Origin: a virus
Direction: 5' to 3' (one strand)
Virus record (IMG/VR): IMGVR_UViG_3300045988_184146
DNA length: 64,000 bases
Under the pieces are notes generated by a model. The model saw only the letters and a program-made list of their open reading frames with translations, was not told the origin of the DNA and searched no databases. Made by a program: the position numbers and the translations under genes. Each line of letters opens with the position of its first letter. The stretch's first letter is position 1. Below are positions 8,497 to 18,826 of the stretch, piece by piece.

Positions 8497-10398
8497 TTGA
8501 GAAACAATAAAAAAATTCTAAATAGGATTGCAGGATCATCTGCTATTGTTATTACAGCTCTAGGTTCTGGAGCTGGTGCAGTAGCAACTCAGATTCCTGG
8601 AATTATGAGTACAGTTCTTGCTGAAGAAGCTAAGAACGTCAATGCAACAGCAACCCTTGATGTAGGTATTCAAGAAAATAGTAATTTTGGACGAACTGAT
8701 AAATTCGAAATCAGTGCCGAAGTAAAACAACCAGTCAAGGAAGGCGATACTGTAACATTTACAGCTCAAGGTATTAGTGCTACAGCCTTAAATAATCAAG
8801 AAGTTAAAACTGCTGATGGTACTGTAATTGGTGTTATCAAGGCTAAGGTGGGAGTTGGTTCTCCGACAGGACCTGACTATTGGAAAACTGTTTATTATAA
8901 AGATAAAAACAACCTCTCAAAAGAAAACAAAGACTTGAAACCTACAGACCAAGAAGTTTCTGAGATTCAAGTTGTATTCAACAAGAAAGCAGAAGAGTTC
9001 CAAAATCTATCCTTTAAAGTTGGATCAAATAATAATCGAACAGTTATCACTGTGCCAGTAAAAGATAAGGTTGAAAAAATCAATATCAAGCTTGGTGAAA
9101 AAACCCTAGTTGAAAAGGAAAATAAAGTTTCTGCTGCTAAAATTGTTCCAAATAATTTAAATAAAAATTATTTTGGAGTTATTAGTGAAACATCGAATAT
9201 CTACAACACAGAGAAAGGTTTAGGTGGTGGTGTTTCCACATTCGGCTCAGTGCCAGCAAAAAACAAAGGTTTTAAGACGGGTGATAAATTCACAATTGAA
9301 TTACCTAATGACGCTGGAGTAAAAGTTGATGTTAATCGTGCCTATAAAGTTGGAGAGGTTATTACACTAAGTCACGGTAGACTTTTAAGGGAAGAAGTTA
9401 CAACAGTGAACACTAACGGTGTTATACTTACACAACAAAATGATATTAAAGTCAAAGTTGTGGAGATTAATGCTGATAAAGCTGTTTTTGAAGTTGTTGA
9501 TCAGCCAAACTTTTATTACGAAGATGTTAACATTCCATTGGCTGTTGTTGCAACAGACGTAAGTAAAGTTGATCAAGCAAACAACCGTGTTAATGTTAAG
9601 TTCAAAACATCTTTCGAATCAAAATCAGATCCAACTTTAAATACTACAGAAGAATCAAAAGACGCTTACATTCCAATTCGTGGAACAAGCCTTTCTTCTA
9701 CTGGTGTTAAATTAGAGTTTAAAACAACACAATGGCGTGACGTTGATACGAATAAGAACCTGAAAGCTTCTAAGGTTGACACAAAGACTTATCCAGCTGA
9801 TAAGATTGAAGGTTACACTTTTGTTCGTACAGATACAGATACAAAAACTGGTAACGTTATCCACTTCTTCAAGAAGGTTGGTGATACAGGATCACGTGAT
9901 GATGTAAAGGATATTAAGACAACACGTTTCCTTGAAAAAGGAACAAATAAGGTTCTTAAACCTGAACAAAAAGGTGATAAATTCTTAGAATCCGGAACAA
10001 TAGATGGTTATACTTTCGTAAATTCTGAGGTAAAAGGTGATATCACAACTCACTTCTTTAAGAAAGCTGAAGAACCTAAAAAGCCAGAAGTTCCTAAAAC
10101 TACAGAACAACCTAAGACTACGGAAGTTCCAAAAACAACTGAAGAGCCTAAAACAACTGAAACTCCTGCAACAGAGGAGCCTAAGAAACCAGAAGCTCCA
10201 AAAACAACAGAGGCTCCTAAAACGGAAGAACCTAAAAAGGTAGAAAAACCTAAAACTGCCGACGTTAAAACACCAGACAAAAAAGACGCTGTGAAGACAG
10301 GAGCTAACGCTTCTGTTGCATTCGCTCCACTTATCGGGATTGCCAGCGGTGTTGGTGCTATTGGTGCCGCAGTCTACGTCGTAAAAAAACGTAAATAA
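8497..10398 (+). CDS. cell-wall-anchored surface protein: signal peptide, variable N-terminal region, PK(T)TE proline-rich wall-spanning repeats, AVKTGANAS sorting-signal-like motif + hydrophobic segment + KKRK
   Basis: TTG start with GGGGG SD; classic Gram-positive sortase-substrate architecture; C-terminal about 170 aa nearly identical to 10552..12546. Confidence 0.85.
   Translation: MRNNKKILNRIAGSSAIVITALGSGAGAVATQIPGIMSTVLAEEAKNVNATATLDVGIQENSNFGRTDKFEISAEVKQPVKEGDTVTFTAQGISATALNNQEVKTADGTVIGVIKAKVGVGSPTGPDYWKTVYYKDKNNLSKENKDLKPTDQEVSEIQVVFNKKAEEFQNLSFKVGSNNNRTVITVPVKDKVEKINIKLGEKTLVEKENKVSAAKIVPNNLNKNYFGVISETSNIYNTEKGLGGGVSTFGSVPAKNKGFKTGDKFTIELPNDAGVKVDVNRAYKVGEVITLSHGRLLREEVTTVNTNGVILTQQNDIKVKVVEINADKAVFEVVDQPNFYYEDVNIPLAVVATDVSKVDQANNRVNVKFKTSFESKSDPTLNTTEESKDAYIPIRGTSLSSTGVKLEFKTTQWRDVDTNKNLKASKVDTKTYPADKIEGYTFVRTDTDTKTGNVIHFFKKVGDTGSRDDVKDIKTTRFLEKGTNKVLKPEQKGDKFLESGTIDGYTFVNSEVKGDITTHFFKKAEEPKKPEVPKTTEQPKTTEVPKTTEEPKTTETPATEEPKKPEAPKTTEAPKTEEPKKVEKPKTADVKTPDKKDAVKTGANASVAFAPLIGIASGVGAIGAAVYVVKKRK
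9894..10095 (+). repeat. near-identical DNA segment shared with 12040..12241 (conserved C-terminal module of the surface protein pair)
   Basis: roughly 95% nucleotide identity over about 200 bp while the N-terminal two-thirds of the genes are unrelated. Confidence 0.7.
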
Positions 10399-10551
10399 TA
10401 AAAACTTAAATAAAAATAAAAACTAAGATCGTTGCGAAATACATTCGTGGCGGTCTTTTTTTTGTATATATATAAGAATATAGTTGCAAATATCCTATAA
10501 TACAAAAGAGTGAAGAATGATAAACAATAAAAATTTCGTGAGGGAATAAAT

Positions 10552-12546
10552 TTGACAAATAAGAAAAAATTAATGAATCGTATTGCTGGTTCCTCTGCAA
10601 TTTTAGTAACCGCATTAGGTTCTGGAGTTGGAACTGTATTAACTCAAGCACCGAGCTTATCTAACACTGTATTTGCAGCAGAAGGTAGAGCTGTAACAAA
10701 TATAGAGGGTACTGGTAAACTCGAGATCCTTACAAAACCGAAAGTTGAGGGTACAAAAATTTACAGAACACCACAATTCGATACCAACCAAAGTTACGAG
10801 TTTACGGTGAACGACAGTAATCTTAAGGAAGGCGATTATATCCCAATTCAAGGTGAAGGTTTGAATCTCTTACCAGATGACGTTCGTGTAGGCGAAACTG
10901 TTGTTGGAAAATTGGTTTATGATAAGACAGATTTGAATCTTCCTAAATCAGGAAACTGGAATGCGAGCGAAGATAATGTGAATGACTCGACACATAAACT
11001 TTTAGGAACTCAACATTGGAAGATTGTGTTTAATAAAGAAATCGAGAAATTCCAAAATCCAAAAATAAAACTTGATATTAAAAATAAACGTATTGAGGGT
11101 CACAAGAATTACAAACCTAACGGTGGAGCTGACGTCACGCTATCAATGAAATTTGGTAACAAGATGTTGATAAACGAAACTGTTAAGGTTGAAGGTTTGG
11201 ATAAACCACAAGAAAAAAATGGCATTTACTTTGGTAGTGGTGATGGTTGGTGGACAACTACACTTGAAACAAGTGGAAAGCTCGTCAGCGATAATTTCTT
11301 TCCAATGGCAGTTACTACACCACTAAACGAATCAGGGCAACCAAACTTTGAAGTTGGAGATTTAATTGAATGGAACTTTGGTGAAGGAAGTGAAAACTTC
11401 GTCGTAACTCCGAAAGATTATGTAAAACTTGGTAGCGAATTAAAACACGTTGACACATTAGATAATTTCAATCTAACTTCTTACAAAGTAAATAAAAATA
11501 CAGGTGCTATCTTAGTTGATGATAACAATGTAAAAGTTAAGCTTGTCGAAGCTGGTAAGAATAAAATTGTGGTACAAGTCGTTCGTGCAGGAGCCCCTGG
11601 TACAATCTCAAACTTTGGAAATGATTTCAAGGCAGAACTTACATCAACTAAAGGTGTGGACTTAAACAAGATGGTTGCGCCACCAGTCGCAGTAAACACA
11701 AAACTAATCCGTAACGGAAAAGTTTTAGCAGAGCAAAACAGAAACTTTACTCCTAAAATTTCAGGCGTAGCAATCGGTGCCAACGCTAATTTAGTTAAAC
11801 GTGGATCTGTTGTAGTTACAGGTGTTGATGAACAAGGTAAGAATCTATTCAAAGCGGTTGTTGCTATAAACAACGAAAAGGTTGGTACAGACTACAAGGT
11901 TGATGAATCCAAATACAACAAAGTTGAAGGATACACATATTCTGGACTTAAACAAGGATCTGCACCAGTTTCAGGTAAAATTATCGAGGGAACTCAAACA
12001 GTTACACTTCTATTTAAGAAAAATCAAGATGAGAAACCTCGTGATGATGTAAAGGATATTAAGACAACACGTTTCCTTGAAAAAGGAACAAATAAGGTTC
12101 TTAAACCTGAACAAAAAGGTGATAAATTCTTAGAAGCTGGAACAATCGACGGTTATACTTTCGTAAATTCTGAGGTAAAAGGTGATGTCACAACTCACTT
12201 CTTCAAGAAGGCTGAAGAGCCCAAAAAGCCAGAAACTCCTAAAGCAACTGAGACCCCTAAGACAACTGAAGAACCTAAAAAAGTAGAAGAACCTAAGACC
12301 ACTGAAATTCCTACGACAGAAGAACCTAAGAAACCAGAACAACCTAAGACAACAGAAGCTCCTAAAACGACAGAAGAGCCTAAAAAGGCTGAAAAACCCA
12401 AAAACCCTGATGTGAAAACACCAGACAAGAAAGAAGCTGTTAAGACTGGAGCCAACGCTTCTTCTGCAATAGCTCCACTAATTGCTGTTCCTATTGGATC
12501 TGGCGTAATTGGTGCTTCACTATATGTTTCTAAAAAACGTAAGTAA
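10552..12546 (+). CDS. cell-wall-anchored surface protein, second member (different N-terminal region, same C-terminal stalk/anchor)
   Basis: TTG start; same signal peptide motif NRIAGSSAI; C-terminal sorting signal. Confidence 0.85.
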   Translation: MTNKKKLMNRIAGSSAILVTALGSGVGTVLTQAPSLSNTVFAAEGRAVTNIEGTGKLEILTKPKVEGTKIYRTPQFDTNQSYEFTVNDSNLKEGDYIPIQGEGLNLLPDDVRVGETVVGKLVYDKTDLNLPKSGNWNASEDNVNDSTHKLLGTQHWKIVFNKEIEKFQNPKIKLDIKNKRIEGHKNYKPNGGADVTLSMKFGNKMLINETVKVEGLDKPQEKNGIYFGSGDGWWTTTLETSGKLVSDNFFPMAVTTPLNESGQPNFEVGDLIEWNFGEGSENFVVTPKDYVKLGSELKHVDTLDNFNLTSYKVNKNTGAILVDDNNVKVKLVEAGKNKIVVQVVRAGAPGTISNFGNDFKAELTSTKGVDLNKMVAPPVAVNTKLIRNGKVLAEQNRNFTPKISGVAIGANANLVKRGSVVVTGVDEQGKNLFKAVVAINNEKVGTDYKVDESKYNKVEGYTYSGLKQGSAPVSGKIIEGTQTVTLLFKKNQDEKPRDDVKDIKTTRFLEKGTNKVLKPEQKGDKFLEAGTIDGYTFVNSEVKGDVTTHFFKKAEEPKKPETPKATETPKTTEEPKKVEEPKTTEIPTTEEPKKPEQPKTTEAPKTTEEPKKAEKPKNPDVKTPDKKEAVKTGANASSAIAPLIAVPIGSGVIGASLYVSKKRK

Positions 12547-12650
12547 TATTTTAAAATAAAAGATTATCACTAAATAAGTTTAGTGATAATTTTTTTATAA
12601 AAAAAAATTATTTTTATTAAGCTATAATAGAGAGAGAAATAAAAAAAGGA

Positions 12651-14483
12651 ATGGTATTTATCTTGAATAAAAGAAAATTGTCATCTATTTTGGCTACTGG
12701 TGCATTAATGGTAACGGTGGCCCCTGCATTAGGAACATTTGTACAAGTAGGTAATAATATCGCACACGCAGAAGTTTTCAAAGCCGGATCTACTGGAACA
12801 CGAACGATTAAATTTAATGTAAAAGCTGGAGAATCAGTGACCTCAAAGACTGAAACTGTTACAGAGCCAGTTGATTTGATTCTCGTTGTGGACGGATCTG
12901 GATCTTTCACAGAACCTTTTAATGATGGTAAAAATCCATCTCGAAGAAAATTCCAAGCTGCTCTTATTGACGCTGCGAAGTTAGTTGAATCTCTACCAGA
13001 GGGCTCTCAGGTTATGATTGCTTCCTATACTTGGAATACGACAGAATCTTACACATCTAATAGAATCACCAATTTGATTCCTAAAGCGGACGCTGCTAGA
13101 ATTTTGAAAGATATCCTAAACAAACCATCTGATTTAGACTGGTATACAACTTGGGAAAGATACTTATCTGATGTGGATAAAAAGATTTACAGCTCTTACG
13201 AAAAATTACCATACGAAGAAGCATACGAGAAAAGTACTGCCAAGAAAAACAAGTACGTTTCTGTAGTACAATTCACAGATGAATGGGTGCCTAATGAGGA
13301 TATTGATACATCTTTCGCTGAGTGGTCTAAGAAGAATGCGAAGACCTTTATGAGCGTCATTTACAACAAGACTGATAACCCTGCAATTTCTGAAGCTCAG
13401 ATGAAGAAAATCGGACATCCAAATATTTATAACGCACGTGGAAAAACTGACGATCAACGTCAAAAGGATATCGTCGAAAAATTTAAAACATCAGGTTTGA
13501 AAACAACAGTTATTAAAAATCGAGTTTCACCAGATGGTGTTGTGACAGTTAAAGCCGAAAAAGGTGTTGATATCACAGAGGTTGAATTAGTATCTCCTAA
13601 AGGAGTAAAAGAAAAACTTGAAAAGCAACCAGGTGACGCAATCTCTTGGTCTTGGAAGGGTAAATTTGCTGAAGATGGAGAATATACTCTAAACTACAAG
13701 TTTACTGGTACACCATCAGAAACAAAATCAATTACTGGTACTGTTCAAGTCTCAAATAAAGAGGTAGCGAAAGCTGTTGATACAATTGAACCTAACAAAT
13801 CTTCTGATGTCGATACCGCTAAAGAGGACATTCCTTTTAAAACGATTGAAGAAAAGGATCCAACACTTCCATTTGGTGAACGTAAGGTTAAGGTTAAGGG
13901 TGTTCTCGGTGAACGCACGATTACAAAGACATACGATGTTCTTAATGGAAAACGTGTGGGTGATCCTAAAGTTGATACCAAGGTTACAAAAGAACCAGTT
14001 GACGAAGTTGTTCTTGTTGGTACTAAGGTAGAAGAAAAAGTAACTTACAAGACGATTCATAAAGGTGACGATGGTAAGATTCTCAAGGAAGAAAACATCG
14101 CAGCTGAAAAGTCAGAGTTCGAAGGGTACAAGTACGTTAAAACTGAAGCTGACAACTCAGACAAGTTGAATGTTGTGACAACTCACCACTACCATAAGCT
14201 CACCACAACCTACAAGGGTGTTGATGAAAACGGCAAGGAAGTTATTTTAGAAAAAGTTGACGGAACTAAGGACAAGAAAGACTTCAAGGGTTACATCTTC
14301 GAAAAGACAGAAAAATTAGACAACGGTGACGTGGTTCATCACTACAAGGCTAAAAAAGCTGATGAGAAGAAAAAACCAGTAGAAACTGGAGCTTCAGCTG
14401 GATCAATGTTACTTCCAATTGGTGCACTAGGAGCCTCTGTTGCTCTTGTTGGCGTCGCTAAGTTTAAATCTAAAAGAAAATAA
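12651..14483 (+). CDS. surface protein with vWA domain (DLILVVDGSGSF MIDAS motif), G5 domain and C-terminal PVETGAS sorting signal + TM + KSKRK
   Basis: signal peptide; vWA and G5 motifs recognisable; alternative start at conserved downstream TTG (12663). Confidence 0.85.
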   Translation: MVFILNKRKLSSILATGALMVTVAPALGTFVQVGNNIAHAEVFKAGSTGTRTIKFNVKAGESVTSKTETVTEPVDLILVVDGSGSFTEPFNDGKNPSRRKFQAALIDAAKLVESLPEGSQVMIASYTWNTTESYTSNRITNLIPKADAARILKDILNKPSDLDWYTTWERYLSDVDKKIYSSYEKLPYEEAYEKSTAKKNKYVSVVQFTDEWVPNEDIDTSFAEWSKKNAKTFMSVIYNKTDNPAISEAQMKKIGHPNIYNARGKTDDQRQKDIVEKFKTSGLKTTVIKNRVSPDGVVTVKAEKGVDITEVELVSPKGVKEKLEKQPGDAISWSWKGKFAEDGEYTLNYKFTGTPSETKSITGTVQVSNKEVAKAVDTIEPNKSSDVDTAKEDIPFKTIEEKDPTLPFGERKVKVKGVLGERTITKTYDVLNGKRVGDPKVDTKVTKEPVDEVVLVGTKVEEKVTYKTIHKGDDGKILKEENIAAEKSEFEGYKYVKTEADNSDKLNVVTTHHYHKLTTTYKGVDENGKEVILEKVDGTKDKKDFKGYIFEKTEKLDNGDVVHHYKAKKADEKKKPVETGASAGSMLLPIGALGASVALVGVAKFKSKRK

Positions 14484-14599
14484 AAACTAATTTATAAGTT
14501 ATAAAAAGGTATCTAAATTGGATACCTTTTTGAATTTTTAAAACCACTAAGAATATCGAGATATGATAACCTATAATAGATAAAGAAATAAAAAAAGGA

Positions 14600-16438
14600 T
14601 TGGTACTTATTTTGAATAAAAAATTATCATCTATCTTGGCTACTGGTGCATTAATGGTTACTGTATCGCCAGCACTTGGAACTTTTGTTCAGGTTGGCAA
14701 CAACATCGTACACGCAGAAGCCTTTAAAGCTGGTTCTACCGGGACACGAACATTAAAATTTAATGTTAAAGCTGAAGAAAAAGTAAATACAAAAACCGAG
14801 ACTGTAGCTGAACCGGTTGACTTAATTATGATTATTGACGGATCAGGGTCTTTTATTGTTCCTTTCGATAGTGGAGACAATCCACAGAGACAAAAAGTAA
14901 ACGTGGCGTTAAGTGACGCTTTGAAACTTGTAGAATCTCTTCCTGAAGGATCACAAGTTATGATTGCCTCTTACACTTGGAACTCAAAAGATTCTTACGC
15001 AGCGAAAGGTGTTAGTAATTTAATTTCAAAGGCTGACGCCATCAAAACTCTTAATGATATCAAGGACAAATCAAAACTATCTGATTTTGACTGGTACACA
15101 ACTTGGGAGAATTATCTTAAGACTGTAGATTCAAAAATTTACAATAAAAATTCTGAAACTCTTCCATACGAAGAAGCATACGAAAAGAGCACAGCTAAAA
15201 AGAACAAGTACGTATCTGTAGTTCAATTTACAGATGAGTGGATTCAGAACGAAGACATCGACACCTCTTTTGCTGATTGGTCTAAGAAGAATGCGAAGAC
15301 TTTTATGAGTGTCATTTATCCTAAAATTAATGGAAGTACAAAGTCTGAAGAGCAGATGAAAAAAATCGGACACCCTAATATTTACAACGCTCGTGGAAAA
15401 ACTGACGCAGTACGACAAAAAGATATTATTGAAAAATTCAAAAGCTCTGGTTTGAAAACAACTGTCACCAAGGATCGTATTTCTCCTGACGGGGTTGTAT
15501 CTGTTAAAGCAGAAGACGGTGTAGATTTGACGGAAGTTGAGTTGGTATCTCCTACTGGAGCAAAGAAAAAACTTGAAAAAAACTCCGGTGACGCAACATT
15601 TTGGTCTTGGAAAGGCAAACTAGAAGAAGATGGTGAGTATACACTTAATTACAAATTTACGGGTACACCTTCTGAGACTAAAACTATTACAGGAAGTGTG
15701 CAAGTTTCAAATAAAGAAGTGGTAAAAGCAGTTGATACGATTGAGCCTAACAAGTCAAGTTCTGTAGATAAATCAGAAGAGGATATTCCTTTTAAAACGA
15801 TTGAAGAAAAGGATCCTACACTTCCACTGGGAGAACGTAAGGTTAAAGTTAAGGGTGAAATCGGTAAGAAATCCACCACTAAGACTTACAATATGGTGAA
15901 CGGTAAACGTGTGGGTGATCCTAAAGTTGATACCAAGGTTACAAAAGAACCAGTTGACGAAGTTGTTCTCGTTGGTACCAAAGTAGACGAAAAAGTAACT
16001 TATAAGACTATTCACAAGGGTGACGATGGTAAGGTTCTTAAAGAAGAAAACACTGCTGCCGAAAAATCCGAGTTCGAAGGATACAAGTACGTTAAAACAG
16101 AATCTGATAATTCGGATAAGTTGAACGTCGTGACAACTCACCACTACCATAAGCTCATCACTACCTACAAGGGTGTGGATGAAAACGGCAAGGAAGTTGT
16201 TTTAGAAAAAGTTGACGGAACTAAGGACAAGAAAGACTTCAAGGGTTACATCTTCGAAAAGACAGAAAAATTAGACAACGGTGACGTGGTTCATCACTAC
16301 AAGGCTAAAAAAGCTGATGAGAAGAAAAAACCAGTAGAAACTGGAGCTTCAGCTGGATCAATGTTACTTCCAATTGGTGCACTAGGAGCCTCTGTTGCTC
16401 TTCTAGGAGTTGCTAAGTTTAAATCTAAAAGAAAATAA
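14600..16438 (+). CDS. surface protein, tandem paralogue of 12651..14483 (about 80% identical, 3' 250 bp nucleotide-identical)
   Basis: same domain order; alternative TTG start at 14612 giving MNKKLSSILATG signal peptide. Confidence 0.85.
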   Translation: MVLILNKKLSSILATGALMVTVSPALGTFVQVGNNIVHAEAFKAGSTGTRTLKFNVKAEEKVNTKTETVAEPVDLIMIIDGSGSFIVPFDSGDNPQRQKVNVALSDALKLVESLPEGSQVMIASYTWNSKDSYAAKGVSNLISKADAIKTLNDIKDKSKLSDFDWYTTWENYLKTVDSKIYNKNSETLPYEEAYEKSTAKKNKYVSVVQFTDEWIQNEDIDTSFADWSKKNAKTFMSVIYPKINGSTKSEEQMKKIGHPNIYNARGKTDAVRQKDIIEKFKSSGLKTTVTKDRISPDGVVSVKAEDGVDLTEVELVSPTGAKKKLEKNSGDATFWSWKGKLEEDGEYTLNYKFTGTPSETKTITGSVQVSNKEVVKAVDTIEPNKSSSVDKSEEDIPFKTIEEKDPTLPLGERKVKVKGEIGKKSTTKTYNMVNGKRVGDPKVDTKVTKEPVDEVVLVGTKVDEKVTYKTIHKGDDGKVLKEENTAAEKSEFEGYKYVKTESDNSDKLNVVTTHHYHKLITTYKGVDENGKEVVLEKVDGTKDKKDFKGYIFEKTEKLDNGDVVHHYKAKKADEKKKPVETGASAGSMLLPIGALGASVALLGVAKFKSKRK

Positions 16439-16451
16439 TGAGTTAATTAAT

Positions 16452-16487
16452 AAAAACAAAAAAGGTATCTAACCCAGATACCTTTTT
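16452..16487. terminator. bidirectional intrinsic terminator (AAAAGGUAUCUAACCCAGAUACCUUUU)
   Basis: perfect stem flanked by A-run and U-run; sits between convergent genes. Confidence 0.65.
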
Positions 16488-17017
16488 TAATCTTCTGCCG
16501 CAGCTAGTACAGCCAGTACATCATCAGCTACAGCATTGACCACATCATCGAATGTAGCTTTATCAAATGCAAAGTCTACAAACAAATGACTGTTTGTGGG
16601 GTGGTCGAAATCGATGATAACCTCATCAATTAGGTTATCAGAAACGGTTACATCCCAACCCCAAGAAGCTACTGCAAGAGGCTTTCTTGACACGAAGCTA
16701 AAGAAATCCTTTCGGAACTTAAGCTCGTCATTTGGGTTCTTGATGACCCATAATGATTTGCTATGGTTGACTTTTTTAAAGTCCATCAAAGCTTTAGCCA
16801 CAACATCTTTATCAAAGATGTCAGCCTCTTTCGCTTTAGCAACAATAGAAATTGGATCATTGCTGTTCAAAAAACTAGTAGTACGTCTGTTAGTTCTAAT
16901 ATTTTGAACATTTACAATATGATCAACTCGACCTTTAAGAGAGCTGATCATTTTTGTTGCTGTAGTTGATTTATTCAAGAAATCAACTACTTCTTCTTTT
17001 GTGAATGTTGTTTTCAT
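16487..17017 (-). CDS. hypothetical protein (176 aa), paralogue of 48430..48930
   Basis: start set at Met-8 (MKTTFTKEEV) because the track's upstream Met codons are the SD itself (GAAAAGAAGGAG); C-terminal VDFAFDK..DDV..A motif shared with paralogue. Confidence 0.75.
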   Translation of the reverse strand: MKTTFTKEEVVDFLNKSTTATKMISSLKGRVDHIVNVQNIRTNRRTTSFLNSNDPISIVAKAKEADIFDKDVVAKALMDFKKVNHSKSLWVIKNPNDELKFRKDFFSFVSRKPLAVASWGWDVTVSDNLIDEVIIDFDHPTNSHLFVDFAFDKATFDDVVNAVADDVLAVLAAAED

Positions 17018-17131
17018 ATTTTTCTCCTTCTTTTCCAAACATCTATGTTTGGTTTTTTATTATTATTTGTAATAATTATATTTATTAATTTATTTTATTA
17101 CAAAAAATAAAAATAATAAAAAAATTCTATT

Positions 17132-17160
17132 GACAAAAAATATTTTTTTTACTATAATAA
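17132..17160 (+). promoter_or_regulatory. consensus promoter TTGACA-17 bp-TATAAT (copy B)
   Basis: perfect hexamers; drives the element below. Confidence 0.6.
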
Positions 17161-17166
17161 TATTAG

Positions 17167-17292
17167 CGATAAAACGCCCTTCGCTACAAAAATTCAAAGA
17201 GGGTTTTTTCTAGTAAAGTGGTGATGGCTACCATACATCACCCTATCTCTTACATTTATATTAAGGGGTTGCTTTGCAGCCTCTTTTTTTTA
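17167..17292 (+). ncRNA. candidate small RNA (copy B): conserved 5' hairpin/pseudoknot segment, middle hairpin GGUGAUG..CAUCACC, terminator GGGGUUGC..GCAGCCUC + U8; no ORF follows on this strand
   Basis: own promoter and own terminator; 5' 45 nt identical to leader at 1062. Confidence 0.45.
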
Positions 17293-17352
17293 TTTATATT
17301 GAAAGTAAAAAAAAGACCGGCTAGGTCTTTTAATTATCTAAATTTGATTTCG

Positions 17353-17898
17353 TCACAAGCAATAAGATTTGATTTCCTCTATAAATAATTCAGTTTGAAG
17401 TTCATCAAATAGAATTTTTGTATTGGTGAGATTATTGTTAATAACTCCGCACTCATCGTAACTAATAAAGAATAACAAGGTTTGTACAGTTTTAACATCC
17501 GTCTTAGACAAATCTCCCTTAATAAACTTCTTTATCAAAACTTGCGAAGCAACTCTCATTTTATTAAAAAATAAGGAATTGTCACCGGAATCAAATCCTG
17601 GAACAGAAAAAGAGATCCCGGTTCTGAGCAATGAATCAGAACTCTCAATTTCTGGTACAGAATATTTGTTCTTGATGACGAAACATCTTTTACTTGGAAT
17701 GTAATAAAGCTCCAAAGTGTCATCAGTTGGAAGTTTTAAATTTTCGATTTCATCAATATTGCTTGAAGAATCACATTGCAAGAATGATAATCCACCAGAA
17801 TCAATGCTAATGATAGTACCTTCAGAAATGGAATCAATATCTTCCAAAAGTGATTCGAAACCAATAAATTTATTGTTATTATTTAAAGTTTTAATCAT
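17353..17898 (-). CDS. hypothetical protein (181 aa)
   Basis: start at MIKTLNN with AAAGAAGGAG SD; terminator AAAAGACCGGCUAGGUCUUUU downstream. Confidence 0.7.
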   Translation of the reverse strand: MIKTLNNNNKFIGFESLLEDIDSISEGTIISIDSGGLSFLQCDSSSNIDEIENLKLPTDDTLELYYIPSKRCFVIKNKYSVPEIESSDSLLRTGISFSVPGFDSGDNSLFFNKMRVASQVLIKKFIKGDLSKTDVKTVQTLLFFISYDECGVINNNLTNTKILFDELQTELFIEEIKSYCL

Positions 17899-18027
17899 TT
17901 TGTTCTCCTTCTTTCCCCTTCTAAAATTCATTTAGTTTTTATCTCTCTCTGAAATTATATCAGAATCTTCTTTTTCTTTTATAATTTGAGAAAGATATTT
18001 TATATTAAGAAAGAAGGTATTATATTA

Positions 18028-18636
18028 ATGAAAAAATACAATCGTATTGCAATCGAGGGTGGGGAAGGCGTTGGTAAATCAACCGTCTTAGATATCCTCA
18101 AGAAAAAACTCGATCCGGAAACGACTCTGTTTGTCAAAGAGCCTTACGAAAAATCATCTGTCGCTAATGATATCATTCGTTGGCGAAAAGGAGATATCGA
18201 TTTGGATGAAATTGAACAAACTGAGCTTATGGCGAAATCACGTGCTGAATTGAACAATCAGGTTGTTATTCCGGCAATTAATGACGGAAAAACTGTTGTT
18301 TTTGACCGATCTATCATCTCAAATTTGGTCTATCAGTTGACGGGAACACATCTGACTCGTAATGAAATCATTGACATCAACTTAGCAGAAGATGAGAATA
18401 TGACTCTTCCGGATTTGTGTGTTTTAATCGACGCTGATCCTCGTGCTGTACAAGATCGACTAAATAAAAATGGTCGAGAATGTGACGCTATCGATTCGAA
18501 ACCTCTTGAATTTCATTATCAAATTCGAGATGAGTTCTTGAATCTCTCAGAAGACTTCCCTTGCGATTTTCTAATCCTATCCGGATTTGACGATCCTGAA
18601 GTTAATGCAGAGAAGATTCTTGAATTGCTGAACTAA
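18028..18636 (+). CDS. tmk: thymidylate (dTMP) kinase
   Basis: P-loop IAIEGGEGVGKST near N-terminus, DRS/DRY-like motif VVFDRSI, about 200 aa; start set at ATG after AAGAAGG SD. Confidence 0.85.
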   Translation: MKKYNRIAIEGGEGVGKSTVLDILKKKLDPETTLFVKEPYEKSSVANDIIRWRKGDIDLDEIEQTELMAKSRAELNNQVVIPAINDGKTVVFDRSIISNLVYQLTGTHLTRNEIIDINLAEDENMTLPDLCVLIDADPRAVQDRLNKNGRECDAIDSKPLEFHYQIRDEFLNLSEDFPCDFLILSGFDDPEVNAEKILELLN

Positions 18637-18826
18637 AAACAGAAAAAGCACCGCTTAAATAATTGCAGTGCTTTTTTTGTTGTTTTTTACGATGATAGAT
18701 TTTCTTAAATAAAAAATATTTAAAAAGAGGATTCAAAAAAAATCTTCTTTTTTTATAAAAAAACTATTGCTTTTAATTATTTTATTTGATATAATGTTCC
18801 TATCACAAATATAGGAGGAGTCATAT

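Larger units (their letters stand above)
12596..16490 (+). repeat. tandem duplication of an about 1.95-kb unit (promoter + vWA/G5 surface protein gene + stem-loop terminator AAAAGGTATC..GATACCTTTT)
   Basis: two head-to-tail copies; 3' ends identical, 5' regions diverged. Confidence 0.75.

Noticed and set aside
17986-18027. Upstream in-frame ATG starts given by the ORF track for tmk (17986), the 20357 gene, recD2 (54251), 16487..17038 and 5170..6159
   Set aside because: In each case the SD and promoter module sit downstream of the track's start and immediately before an internal Met or TTG. In 16487..17038 the track's first Met codons are the SD sequence itself. Starts were moved accordingly.
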